Below, piece by piece: positions 37,448-46,369 of a stretch of 64,000 nucleotides of DNA. Below the pieces are notes generated by a model. The model worked only from the letters and a program-made list of their open reading frames with translations, ran no database searches and was not told the origin of the DNA. This stretch comes from an uncultured Rhodobacteraceae bacterium (GTDB lineage Bacteria > Pseudomonadota > Alphaproteobacteria > Rhodobacterales > Rhodobacteraceae): positions 110,000 to 173,999 of the forward strand of contig CANKVU010000004.1 in NCBI GenBank assembly GCA_947487205.1, written 5' to 3'. The first letter of the stretch is position 1. Each line of letters opens with the position of its first letter. A program made the translations under genes and the position numbers.

Positions 37448-39444
37448 GACGCGCGCTGGCCACCCTCCTCCTCGCCGCCTGCCCGGCCGCGCTCGCCGCA
37501 CAGGAGATCGACGTGCGGACGGGCGAGCACGGCGAGTTCACCCGCATCGTCGTCGATTTCGGCGACCGCCCGGACTGGCGCCTCGAGCCGCGGGGACGCG
37601 TCTGGCGCCTGTCGACCGGCGGCACGGCGCAGTTCGACCTGGCGGGTATCCACCGCCGGATCGGGCGGGAGCGGATCCGCGACATCGTCCAGCCGGCGCC
37701 GGGGCGGCTCGACATCGTCGTCGACTGCGATTGCGGCCCCCGCACCTTCGAGCTGCGGAACGGCGGCCTGGTGATCGACGTGGTCCCGGGCGCGGACACC
37801 CCCGACACCGGCGCGGCCGGCTCCGGCGCCGCTCCGCCCACCCGCCTCATCCGCGCGATGAGGGGAGAGATCACCCTTCCCGGCGCCGGGACCGATTACG
37901 GGTCCGATTACGGGGCCGATGCCGGGGGCCGCGCGCCGCGGGACCGCTCCGAACCGGTCGCGCCCGCCCCGCCCCCCGTGCCCGCGCGGTCCGGCGACCG
38001 GGCGGAGGAGCTGCGCCGCAACGTGCTGGCCGGCCTGACCCGCTCGGCCGACCAGGGCCTCGTCAACCTCAGCGGGGCGCTGCCCGACGCGGCCGGGCCG
38101 GAGGCGCCCGAACCGGTCCCCGCCCCGTCCGGGCCCACGCCCGACCTCGCGCCCGGATCGAACCTGCGGGTCGAGACGCGGGCCGAGCGGGACCGCCGCG
38201 GCACCCTGCCGCTGCCGGCCGCCGCGGCCTGCCCCGAGGGGCTCTCGGGCACGCGGTCGGACTGGCAGGCGGAAGGCCGGGGGCTCGACCTCGCCGCGCC
38301 CCCGGCCGACCTGGCGCGGGCCGAGGCGATGGCGCTCATTGCGCGCGGCCTCGGCGCCGAGGCCGCGACGCTGCTGCGCCCGCATCTCGACACCGCCGCG
38401 GATGCTGCGCTCCTCACCCAGATCGCCGGCATCGTGGACGCCCCCGCCCACGCGCCGCAGGTGCGGATGCTCGGGGAATGCTCCGACCTCCTGGCGCTCT
38501 TCGCGGTACTCGCCGACCCGCCGGCGGACCCCGTGCGCGTCGATCCGCTGATCGCCGGCCTGCGCCAGTTCGACGCCACGCTCCGGGCGCAGTTCGGGCG
38601 GCGGGTGCTGGCGGCGCTGTCGGGCCTCGGCCGGGACGAGGACGCGCGGGTGGTCGGGAACGCGCTGCGGCGCCTCGACCCCACGCTGGACGCGGCCGAC
38701 CTGGCGCCGCGCCGGTTCGGCCCCGGCGCGCCCGCGGCGAGCCCCGACGAGGCCCGCGCCGAGATGGCCGAGCGTACGCCCGAGGCGGCCGCCGCGCTGG
38801 CCTCGCTGATCGACGGCATGCGCGAACGCGACGAGGCCGTTCCCGCCGACGTGATCGACCATGCCGCGGCCCTGGCGCCCGAACTGGCGCCGACGGAGCG
38901 CGTGGCGCTCCTTTCCTCGGTCATCCGGGCCGAGATCGCGCAGCTGGGCCTTGCGAGCGCCGCGCGCCGGATCGACGCGCTGTCCCGCCTCGACGCGGAG
39001 CGCGCGGACGCGCTGGCGGCCGATCTCTACGACGCGCTGGCCGCGATCCCCGACGACGCCGTCTTCCTCCAGCAGGCGACGCGCTTCGCGGGCGACCCGG
39101 CCCCGGCGGCGGCGCAACGGCTGGCGATCGCGCGGCGGATCGCGGCGCTGCACGTGCCCGAACTGGCGATCGACCACCTTGCGCAGGGCGCCGGGGCGGA
39201 GCCCGCCGAACGCCTGCTGACGGCCGGGATGCTGCTCGACCTCAACGCGGCCCAACGCGCGCTCGACGCCCTCTCCGATCTGCCCGGCCCCGAAGCGGAG
39301 GACCTGCGCGCCCGGGCGCGCGCGCGCCTCGCCCCCGCGCCGGTGGCCGCCGCGCCCCGCCCGGCCGGGACCGGCCCGCTGGCGGTGCTGGAACGCAGCG
39401 CCGCGCTGCGGGAAAAGTACCGCAGCCTCCTGGCGGCGGAATAG
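37444..39444 (+). CDS. Secreted 666-aa Ala-rich protein with an AMIN-like N-terminal domain, uncharacterised (flagellar cluster)
   Basis: The ATG overlaps the motA stop, and this is the in-frame tail of ORF 36541..39444. The signal peptide is MRRALATLLLAACPAALAAQ. A beta-rich module follows with TRIVVDF…GRLDIVVD…GLVIDVV strands, then a Pro-rich linker and about 400 aa of Ala/Leu/Asp/Arg helical repeats. Confidence 0.6.
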   Translation: MRRALATLLLAACPAALAAQEIDVRTGEHGEFTRIVVDFGDRPDWRLEPRGRVWRLSTGGTAQFDLAGIHRRIGRERIRDIVQPAPGRLDIVVDCDCGPRTFELRNGGLVIDVVPGADTPDTGAAGSGAAPPTRLIRAMRGEITLPGAGTDYGSDYGADAGGRAPRDRSEPVAPAPPPVPARSGDRAEELRRNVLAGLTRSADQGLVNLSGALPDAAGPEAPEPVPAPSGPTPDLAPGSNLRVETRAERDRRGTLPLPAAAACPEGLSGTRSDWQAEGRGLDLAAPPADLARAEAMALIARGLGAEAATLLRPHLDTAADAALLTQIAGIVDAPAHAPQVRMLGECSDLLALFAVLADPPADPVRVDPLIAGLRQFDATLRAQFGRRVLAALSGLGRDEDARVVGNALRRLDPTLDAADLAPRRFGPGAPAASPDEARAEMAERTPEAAAALASLIDGMRERDEAVPADVIDHAAALAPELAPTERVALLSSVIRAEIAQLGLASAARRIDALSRLDAERADALAADLYDALAAIPDDAVFLQQATRFAGDPAPAAAQRLAIARRIAALHVPELAIDHLAQGAGAEPAERLLTAGMLLDLNAAQRALDALSDLPGPEAEDLRARARARLAPAPVAAAPRPAGTGPLAVLERSAALREKYRSLLAAE

Positions 39445-39601
39445 GCGATAAATCCTTTGGTAAGCGCCCGCGCGCTAGGGTCCGGCGGAACCCGCGAAAC
39501 GGAGATCCCAGAATGGGATGCATGACGGCGCCCCCGGCCCGCGACCCCGGCCGGACGAACGCGACGACCCCCTCGAACACGCCTGCGGACGGGGGGCGGT
39601 G

Positions 39602-41677
39602 ATGTCGCTGCGCATGGTCTTCCAGCCGACGGTGCTGCTGGCGCTGGCGCTGATGGCGGTGATCGTGATGATGATCCTGCCGATGCCGGCCTGGATCCTC
39701 GATATCGGCCTGGCGGCGTCCTTCGCGCTCGCCATCCTGATGTTCACCACCACCCTCTTCATCGAGCGGCCGCTGGATTTCTCGGCCTTCCCGACGGTGC
39801 TGCTGGCCTCGTTGATGCTGCGCCTGTCGCTCAATGTCAGCTCGACCAAGCTCATCATCGGCGAGGGGCATACCGGCACCGGCGCGGCCGGCAACGTGAT
39901 CCAGGGCTTCGCCATGTTCGTCATGGGCGGCAGCGTGTTCCTGGGGCTGGTCGTGTTCGGCGTGCTCCTGATCGTGAACTTCATGGTCATCACCAAGGGC
40001 GCGGCCCGCATGGCCGAGGTCGGCGCGCGGTTCGCGCTCGACGCGATGCCGGGCAAGCAGCTCGCCATCGACGCCGACATGAGCGCCGGCGCCATCGACC
40101 ACGCCCAGGCCCGCGAGCGCCGCGAGACCGAGCAGCTCGAGACGACGTTCTTCGGCTCCCTCGACGGGGCGTCGAAATTCGTCAAGGGCGACGCCGTGGC
40201 GGGCCTGCTGATCACGCTCCTGAACCTCGTCATGGGCCTCGCGATGGGGGTGATCGTCCACGGCATGGCCTTCGGCGACGCGATCGAGACCTACGCGATC
40301 CTGACGGTGGGCGACGGGCTGACCACCCAGATCCCGGCCGTCATCATCTCCATCGCCTCGGCGCTCCTCCTGGCGCGCGGCGGGGCGACCGGCTCCACCG
40401 ACCTGGCGCTGTTCACCCAGTTCGGCCGCTACCCCGCGGCGCTGGCGACGGTGGCGGTGCTGCTGGCGCTGTTCGCGCTGGTCCCGGGACTGCCGTTCCT
40501 GCCCTTCATCGCCGGCGCGGCGGGGCTGGGCGCGCTGGCCTGGAAGGCGCGCGAGGTCACCCGCCGGACCGAGGCGAAGGCCGACGCCGCCGCGGCCCCC
40601 GCGCCCGCGCCGCGCCCCTCGATCGGCGACGTGCTCGACCTCGACGACATCCACGTCGAATTCTCCGCCGACCTGGTGCCGCTGGTGCTCGACCCGGGCA
40701 CCGGGCTCGACGCGCGGATCGGCAACATGCGCAACCACGTCGCCACCCTCTACGGCCTCGTCCTGCCCGAGATCCGCCTGACCGACGACCCCGCCCTGCC
40801 CGACGGAACCTACGTGATCCGCATCCAGGGGGTGGAACAGGTGCGCGACCGGCTGATGGCCGACCACGTCCTGGCCCTCGCCAACGACGGCACCCACCAC
40901 CTGCCCGCCGGCCGCGACGTGGCCGAGCCGGTCTACGGCGCCCCGGCGCGCTGGATCGCGGCGGCCGACCAGGAGGAGGCGGCGCTCACGGGGACCACCA
41001 CCGTCACCCCGGCCGAGGTGCTGGCCACGCACCTGCTCGAGGTCATCAAGACCAATTTCCACCGCCTGATGACGCTGAAGACGCTGCGCCGGCTGCTCGA
41101 CGAGCATACCCGCCTGACCGATCCCGACCGCGCCGCGGCCAACCGGCGCCTGATCGACGAGCTGGTGCCCGACAAGGTGCCCCTGGAACTGTTGCTCCAC
41201 GTCCTGCGGCTGCTGCTGGAGGAGCGGGTCTCGATCCGCAACCTGCCCCTGATCCTCGAGACGGTGGCCGCCGCGCGCGGCCAGGCCGGCACGCCGGAGG
41301 GCATCTGCGAGATCGTCCGCCAGAGGTTGAACTTCCAGCTCATCGCGGGGCTGAAGCGCGGCGACGGCACCGTGCCGCTGGTCCAGCTCGACCCCGCATG
41401 GGAGAAGCTCTTCACCGAGCACAACCTGTCGGGCGAGCTGGGCGAGGTCTCGGTCGCGCTGCCGCCCGACGACTTCAACCGCCTGGCCGACAATGCCGCC
41501 ACGAGCCTCGGCGCGGCCGCCGAAAGCGGCAGCTTCCCCGCCCTCATCACCTCCGCCCGGCGGCGGCGGTTCCTGCGGCTGGTCCTGTCGGCCAAGGGGC
41601 TGCAGAACCCGGTCCTGAGCTTCGAGGAGCTGGGGACCGAGGGGCGCCCGGCGCTCGTGGGCACCGTGGCGGCATGA
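39602..41677 (+). CDS. flhA: Flagellar export apparatus protein FlhA
   Basis: 691 aa from the internal ATG of ORF 39518..41677. It has an FHIPEP domain (FPTVLLASLMLRLSLNVSSTKLII, GARFALDAMPGKQLAIDAD). Confidence 0.93.
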   Translation: MSLRMVFQPTVLLALALMAVIVMMILPMPAWILDIGLAASFALAILMFTTTLFIERPLDFSAFPTVLLASLMLRLSLNVSSTKLIIGEGHTGTGAAGNVIQGFAMFVMGGSVFLGLVVFGVLLIVNFMVITKGAARMAEVGARFALDAMPGKQLAIDADMSAGAIDHAQARERRETEQLETTFFGSLDGASKFVKGDAVAGLLITLLNLVMGLAMGVIVHGMAFGDAIETYAILTVGDGLTTQIPAVIISIASALLLARGGATGSTDLALFTQFGRYPAALATVAVLLALFALVPGLPFLPFIAGAAGLGALAWKAREVTRRTEAKADAAAAPAPAPRPSIGDVLDLDDIHVEFSADLVPLVLDPGTGLDARIGNMRNHVATLYGLVLPEIRLTDDPALPDGTYVIRIQGVEQVRDRLMADHVLALANDGTHHLPAGRDVAEPVYGAPARWIAAADQEEAALTGTTTVTPAEVLATHLLEVIKTNFHRLMTLKTLRRLLDEHTRLTDPDRAAANRRLIDELVPDKVPLELLLHVLRLLLEERVSIRNLPLILETVAAARGQAGTPEGICEIVRQRLNFQLIAGLKRGDGTVPLVQLDPAWEKLFTEHNLSGELGEVSVALPPDDFNRLADNAATSLGAAAESGSFPALITSARRRRFLRLVLSAKGLQNPVLSFEELGTEGRPALVGTVAA

Positions 41678-42453
41678 TCCCGGCGCTGACCGCGCTCGCC
41701 GAGATGGCCGGGATCGGCATCGCCACGGCCTTCGTCGTCTTCCTCAGGGTCGGCGCCGCGATGGCGATGCTGCCGGCCTTCGGCGAGCAATCGGTGCCGG
41801 TGCGCGTGCGCCTGGGCCTCGCGGTGGTGTTCACGCTGATCGTGGCGCCCTCGGCGGGGCCGATGCCCGCGCTCGACGGGCCGGGCGGCGTCGTCGGCCT
41901 GCCGCTGGCGACCGAGGTGGCGATCGGGCTGGCGCTCGGGGCGACCATCCGGCTCTTCGTCGTGGTCCTGCAGATGGCCGGGTCGATGGCGGCGCAGACG
42001 ATGTCCCTGGCGCAGATCTTCGGCGGCCAGACGGGGGCCGATCCGCTCCCGGCCTTCGGCCACATCATGGTCATGGCGGGCCTCGCCTTGGCCGTGGCCA
42101 TGAACCTGCATGTCAAGCTCGCCGCGTTCCTGATCGGCTCCTACCAGATGCTGCCGGCCGGGCAGTTCCCCGACCCGGCCGATTTCGCCGCCTGGGGGGT
42201 GGACCGGATCGGCAAGGCCTTCGCGCTGGGCTTCGCGCTGGCGATCCCGTTCGTGATCACGTCGCTCATCTACAACCTCACGCTCGGGGTCATCAACCGC
42301 GCCATGCCGCAGCTGATGGTGGCCTTCATCGGCGCCCCGGCGATCACGCTGGCGGGCCTGGCGCTCCTGGCGGTGTCGCTGCCCTTCGTGCTGGGGGTGT
42401 GGCTCTCGACCATGGACGCGTTCCTCGCCGATCCCGCGGGGGCGCCCCGATGA
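41674..42453 (+). CDS. fliR: Flagellar export apparatus protein FliR
   Basis: 259 aa and polytopic. It overlaps flhA in an ATGA junction. A FliR block is present (FLRVGAAMAMLPAFGE). Confidence 0.85.
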   Translation: MIPALTALAEMAGIGIATAFVVFLRVGAAMAMLPAFGEQSVPVRVRLGLAVVFTLIVAPSAGPMPALDGPGGVVGLPLATEVAIGLALGATIRLFVVVLQMAGSMAAQTMSLAQIFGGQTGADPLPAFGHIMVMAGLALAVAMNLHVKLAAFLIGSYQMLPAGQFPDPADFAAWGVDRIGKAFALGFALAIPFVITSLIYNLTLGVINRAMPQLMVAFIGAPAITLAGLALLAVSLPFVLGVWLSTMDAFLADPAGAPR

Positions 42454-43538
42454 GCGGCCAGGACGATGACGCCGAGAAGAGCCTCGAGGCCTCCCAGAAG
42501 AAGCTCGACGACGCGCGCAAGAAGGGCGAGGTGCCCAAGTCCAACGACCTGATCACCGCCGCCGCCTATGCCGGGATGCTGGGCGCGCTGCTGTTCGGCG
42601 GCGCCGCGGGCCTGTCGGAACTGGGCGCGGCGCTCACGGGCCTGCTGGGCGACGCCGACCGGATCGCGGCCAGCCTCGGCGACGGCGATGGCGGCGGATC
42701 GCAGCTTGCCGGCGCGCTGATGGTCGAGACGGCGCGGGCCATGGGCCCGCTCTTCGTGCTGCCGCCGGCCTTCGCGCTGATCTGCGTGCTGGCGCAGCGC
42801 GCCTTCACCGTCACCGGCTCCAAGCTGCAGCCGAAGCTGTCGCGCATCTCGATCCTGTCGAACGCCAAGCAGAAATTCGGCCCCGAGGGGCTGGTGGAAT
42901 TCGCCAAGAGCGCGGTCAAGCTGCTGACCTACGCCGTCATCCTGTCGGTTTTCGTGGCCTCGACGCTGCCCACGATCCTGGCCTTCGTGTCGCTCGATCC
43001 GGGCCTGTCGATGGCCGCCTCGCTGCGCCTCGTCGTGCGCTTCCTGTGGATCGTGCTGGCCGTCGCCGTGGTGATCGGGATGGCCGACCTGCTCTGGCAG
43101 CACCACCACCACCTCCAGAAGAACCGCATGTCCCGCAAGGAGATGACGGACGAGCACAAGGATTCCGAGGGCGACCCGCATTTCAAGGCCCAGCGCCGCC
43201 GCCGCGGCCAGGAGATCGCGATGAACGGCATGCTGGCCGACGTGCCCGACGCCTCGGTGGTGATCGTCAACCCGACCCATTACGCCGTGGCGCTGAAATG
43301 GAACCGGGCCGATGCCGGGGCGCCGGAATGCGTCGCCAAGGGCGTCGACCACGTCGCCGCCCGCATCCGCGAGGCGGCGGAGGCGGCCGGCGTGCCGATC
43401 CATTCCGACCCGCCCACCGCCCGCGCGCTCCACGCCGTGGTCGAGATCGGCGAGGAGGTGCGGCCCGAACATTACGCCGCCGTCGCGGTGGCGATCCGCT
43501 TCGCCGAGGACATGAAACGGAAGGCCCGCGCGCGATGA
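42450..43538 (+). CDS. flhB: Flagellar export apparatus protein FlhB
   Basis: 362 aa. The N-terminus reads …EKSLEASQKKLDDARKKGEVPKS. The NPTH autocleavage site is present (VIVNPTHYAVAL). Confidence 0.92.
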   Translation: MSGQDDDAEKSLEASQKKLDDARKKGEVPKSNDLITAAAYAGMLGALLFGGAAGLSELGAALTGLLGDADRIAASLGDGDGGGSQLAGALMVETARAMGPLFVLPPAFALICVLAQRAFTVTGSKLQPKLSRISILSNAKQKFGPEGLVEFAKSAVKLLTYAVILSVFVASTLPTILAFVSLDPGLSMAASLRLVVRFLWIVLAVAVVIGMADLLWQHHHHLQKNRMSRKEMTDEHKDSEGDPHFKAQRRRRGQEIAMNGMLADVPDASVVIVNPTHYAVALKWNRADAGAPECVAKGVDHVAARIREAAEAAGVPIHSDPPTARALHAVVEIGEEVRPEHYAAVAVAIRFAEDMKRKARAR

Positions 43539-43885
43539 AGACCGACGGAATGCAGGACCTGGCGGCCATCTCGGCCATGATGCGCGACCGCGACCTGGGA
43601 CGGGTGGAGGGGATCGTGGCCCAGATGCGCCGAATCGAGGCCGAGGCCGCAGCGATCCGCGAGATCCGCGACCAGCGGCTCGGTCAGGCCGATCTCGACG
43701 CGTCGCGTCTGGCCGGCGCCGACCCGGTCTGGCTGGCCTGGGCCGAAGAGCGCCTGGCGCGGTCGATGGCCCAGCTCGCGCAGCTCCGCGTCAGCCACGA
43801 GGCCGCGCTCGGCGCGGCGCGGCGGTCCTTCGGCCGGGCCGAGGCGACCGCCGCGCTGGCCCGGATCACACGTCCCGGCGGTTGA
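43535..43885 (+). CDS. Hypothetical coiled-coil protein (116 aa) coupled to flhB
   Basis: The ATG overlaps the flhB stop, and this is the in-frame tail of ORF 43046..43885. The sequence is helical and Ala/Arg/Glu-rich. No family was recognised; FliJ-like is only a guess. Confidence 0.45.
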   Translation: MKTDGMQDLAAISAMMRDRDLGRVEGIVAQMRRIEAEAAAIREIRDQRLGQADLDASRLAGADPVWLAWAEERLARSMAQLAQLRVSHEAALGAARRSFGRAEATAALARITRPGG

Positions 43886-44405
43886 TGTCGAGGATCAGCA
43901 CGTCGTTCAATCCCGGCCCGATCTCGGCCCGTCCCGCCGCCAGCAGGTCGTTTCGCAGCCGGTCCACCGCGCCGTTGGCGGTGAAAGCGCCGCTGAACCC
44001 GCCGGTATTGGCATGGTCGAGCATCACCCGCAGGAAGCGGTCGCGCAGCCGCGGCTGGCGCGCGCGCGCCGGCTCCTCGGCGTCCGGCACGACATCGAGG
44101 GTCAGCCCCAGGACCACCATCGAATCGACCCGCCCCCCGGACAGGACCGGGACGATGAATTGCTGGTCGAAGCGCACATAGGTCCCCTGCGCCCCGGCCT
44201 CGCCGTGACCGCCCTCGGCCGTCGCGGAATGCGGCGCCGCCTCACCGGATGCGGCGGGGACCGCTGCGGGCGCCCCGGCGGCGTCCGCGCCGGGGCCGGC
44301 CTGCGCGACGGGCTCGGGGTCGGGGGCGAGGAGGACCCCCACGCCGACACCGATACCGGCACCGGCCGCGGCCAGCCCGAGGGGGAGGAGTTTCGCGAGC
44401 ATCAT
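43866..44405 (-). CDS. FliL family protein (second paralogue)
   Basis: 179 aa from the internal MM start of ORF 43866..44492. It has a TM anchor and a C-terminal FliL-like block (YVRFDQQFIVPVLSGGRVDSMVVLGLTLDV…RLRDRFLRVM). Confidence 0.65.
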   Translation of the reverse strand: MMLAKLLPLGLAAAGAGIGVGVGVLLAPDPEPVAQAGPGADAAGAPAAVPAASGEAAPHSATAEGGHGEAGAQGTYVRFDQQFIVPVLSGGRVDSMVVLGLTLDVVPDAEEPARARQPRLRDRFLRVMLDHANTGGFSGAFTANGAVDRLRNDLLAAGRAEIGPGLNDVLILDINRRDV

Positions 44406-44412
44406 GTGTCCC

Positions 44413-45144
44413 TCAGAACGGCGAGATCGTGTCGACGACCCGCTGGCCCCAGCGCGGCTGCTGGATTTCCTGGATGCGGCCGCGACCGCCATACGAGATC
44501 CGCGCAGCGGCGATCTTGTCGTAATTGACCTCGTTGCGGCGCGAGATGTCCTCGGGCCGCACGAAGCCGGTGACGATCAGTTCGCGCAGCTCGAAGTTCA
44601 GGCGCACCTCCTGTCGGCCCTCGATGGCGAAGCTGCCATTGGGCAGGATCTCGGTCACCGTGGCGGCGACGCGCAGGGTCAGCTCCTCGTTGCGCCGGGT
44701 CGATCCGTCGCCGCGCGAGGCGCTGTCGGCATTGTAGCCCACCGCCGTGTCGAGCGAGACACCGGCGGGCAGCTTGTCCTCCAGCCGCTGCGGCAGGCCC
44801 AGCATGTTGGGCATGCCGACCGAGCCCGAGGAGCTGCGCGAGCGTTCGGAGGTGTTCGAGAATTCCGCCTCGTCGTCGATCTCGATCACCACGGTGACGA
44901 TGTCGCCGCGCGTCTCGGCCCGCCGCGTCCCCAGAAGCGACCGCCGCTCGCCCGACCACAGCGACGCGGCATCCACCGGACGGTCGGGATCGAGGGAGAC
45001 GGGCATGCCGGGGCTCTGCATCGCGACGAGCTCAGGGCTCTCGCTGACCGGCGACAGGTCGGGCGCGCGCACGAAGTCGGACCGCGACCCGCAGGCCGCC
45101 ACGGCCGTGGCGAGGAGGAGGGGCAGGACGAAGGGTCGGGTCAT
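44413..45144 (-). CDS. flgH: Flagellar L-ring lipoprotein FlgH
   Basis: 243 aa with a lipobox (LLLATAVAACG) and conserved blocks (GDIVTVVIEI, LPNGSFAIEGRQEV, ISYGGRG). Confidence 0.92.
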   Translation of the reverse strand: MTRPFVLPLLLATAVAACGSRSDFVRAPDLSPVSESPELVAMQSPGMPVSLDPDRPVDAASLWSGERRSLLGTRRAETRGDIVTVVIEIDDEAEFSNTSERSRSSSGSVGMPNMLGLPQRLEDKLPAGVSLDTAVGYNADSASRGDGSTRRNEELTLRVAATVTEILPNGSFAIEGRQEVRLNFELRELIVTGFVRPEDISRRNEVNYDKIAAARISYGGRGRIQEIQQPRWGQRVVDTISPF

Positions 45145-45578
45145 CTGTATGTTCCGTTGACGATGATGGAGCCGGTCTCGTCGACTTCGCCGACGATGAT
45201 GTTGCGCGAGCCGAGATTCATGACCCGCACCCGTTCGCCCGCGCCGGCGCGGTCGAGCGCGCGGCCGTCGGCCTGGATCGACAGCCCCCCCTGCCGGAAG
45301 GACAGGGTGACGATCTGGTTGCGGTCGACGAGCGCGGGTTCTCCCACGTCGCCGCGGCGCACCGGGCGGCCGGCATAGAGGGTCACGCGCGCCTCCTTTC
45401 CCACCACCTCGTCGAGGTCGGCGGCGATGCCGCCCGCATCGCCCTCGCCGAGCGTCACGTCGCCCGGCCCGATCACCGACTGGGCGCGGATGGTGCGGGC
45501 CGCCATCACCATCTCGGCGGCGGCGGGCGCCGCACCGAGCACCAGCAGGACGAGGGCGGGGAGGGCTCTGCGGTTCAT
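45141..45578 (-). CDS. flgA: Flagellar P-ring assembly chaperone FlgA
   Basis: 145 aa from the internal ATG of ORF 45141..47312. It has a signal peptide and a SAF/ChapFlgA domain (…VRRGDVGEPALVDRNQIVTLSF…GERVRVMNLGSRNIIVGEV). Confidence 0.8.
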   Translation of the reverse strand: MNRRALPALVLLVLGAAPAAAEMVMAARTIRAQSVIGPGDVTLGEGDAGGIAADLDEVVGKEARVTLYAGRPVRRGDVGEPALVDRNQIVTLSFRQGGLSIQADGRALDRAGAGERVRVMNLGSRNIIVGEVDETGSIIVNGTYR

Positions 45579-46360
45579 CGGATCTGCGTCGTCGCGCCGA
45601 GCATCTGGTCGGCGGCCGAGATCACCTTGGAGTTCAGCTCGTAGCCGCGCTGCGCCTCGATCAGGCGGGTGATCTCGCGCACCGGGTCGACGGCGCTGTC
45701 CTCGAGATATCCCTGCCGGAAGGTGCCGAGCCCGTCGGTGCCCGGCTGGCCCACCAGCGCCGCCCCCGAGGCGGCCGTCTCGAGGAACAGGTTCGAGCCC
45801 ATCGCCTCCAGCCCCTTGGCGTTGGAGAAGGTGGCGAGCGTCAGCTGGCCCAGCATCTCGGGCTCCGGCTCGCCGTTGAAATAGCCATAGACCTCGCCGT
45901 CGGCGTTGATCGAGATCGAGCGCGCATCCTCGGGGATGACGATGCCCGGCACCGCCGGATAGCCGTCCGAGGTGACGATCTGGCCGTCGGCCGAGCGCTT
46001 CAGCGCGCCGTCGCGGGTATAGGCCGACCCGCCCGAGGGCAGCTCCACCTCGATATAGCCGTTGCCCTCGATGGCCACGTCCAGGTCGCCGCCGGTCTGC
46101 ACCAGCGACCCCTGCTTCAGCTCCACGGTCACCGAGGAGGGCCGCACGCCGAGGCCGAGCTGCACCCCCGTGGGCAGTTCCGTGCCCGTGGTCGACGAGA
46201 TCGTCCCCGGCCGGGCGGCCTGCTCGTAATGCAGGTCGGCGAATTCGGCGCGGCGGGCGTTGTAGCCCGTGGTGCTCATGTTGGCGAGGTTGTTGGAAAT
46301 CACCTCGACCCGCATCTGCTGGGCGCTCATGCCGGTGGCGGCGATGGAAAGGGCGCGCAT
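45575..46360 (-). CDS. flgG: Flagellar distal rod protein FlgG
   Basis: 261 aa. The N-terminus is MRALSIAATGMSAQQMRVEVISNNLANMSTTGY and the C-terminus is GYLEDSAVDPVREITRLIEAQRGYE. Confidence 0.93.
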   Translation of the reverse strand: MRALSIAATGMSAQQMRVEVISNNLANMSTTGYNARRAEFADLHYEQAARPGTISSTTGTELPTGVQLGLGVRPSSVTVELKQGSLVQTGGDLDVAIEGNGYIEVELPSGGSAYTRDGALKRSADGQIVTSDGYPAVPGIVIPEDARSISINADGEVYGYFNGEPEPEMLGQLTLATFSNAKGLEAMGSNLFLETAASGAALVGQPGTDGLGTFRQGYLEDSAVDPVREITRLIEAQRGYELNSKVISAADQMLGATTQIR

Positions 46361-46369
46361 GAAAGGCTC

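Noticed and set aside
36541-39444. A 967-aa plus-strand ORF beginning upstream of motA.
   Set aside because: The first ~300 codons are an out-of-frame read-through of motA. A signal peptide begins at the ATG at 37444, overlapping the motA stop, and I took that as the true start.
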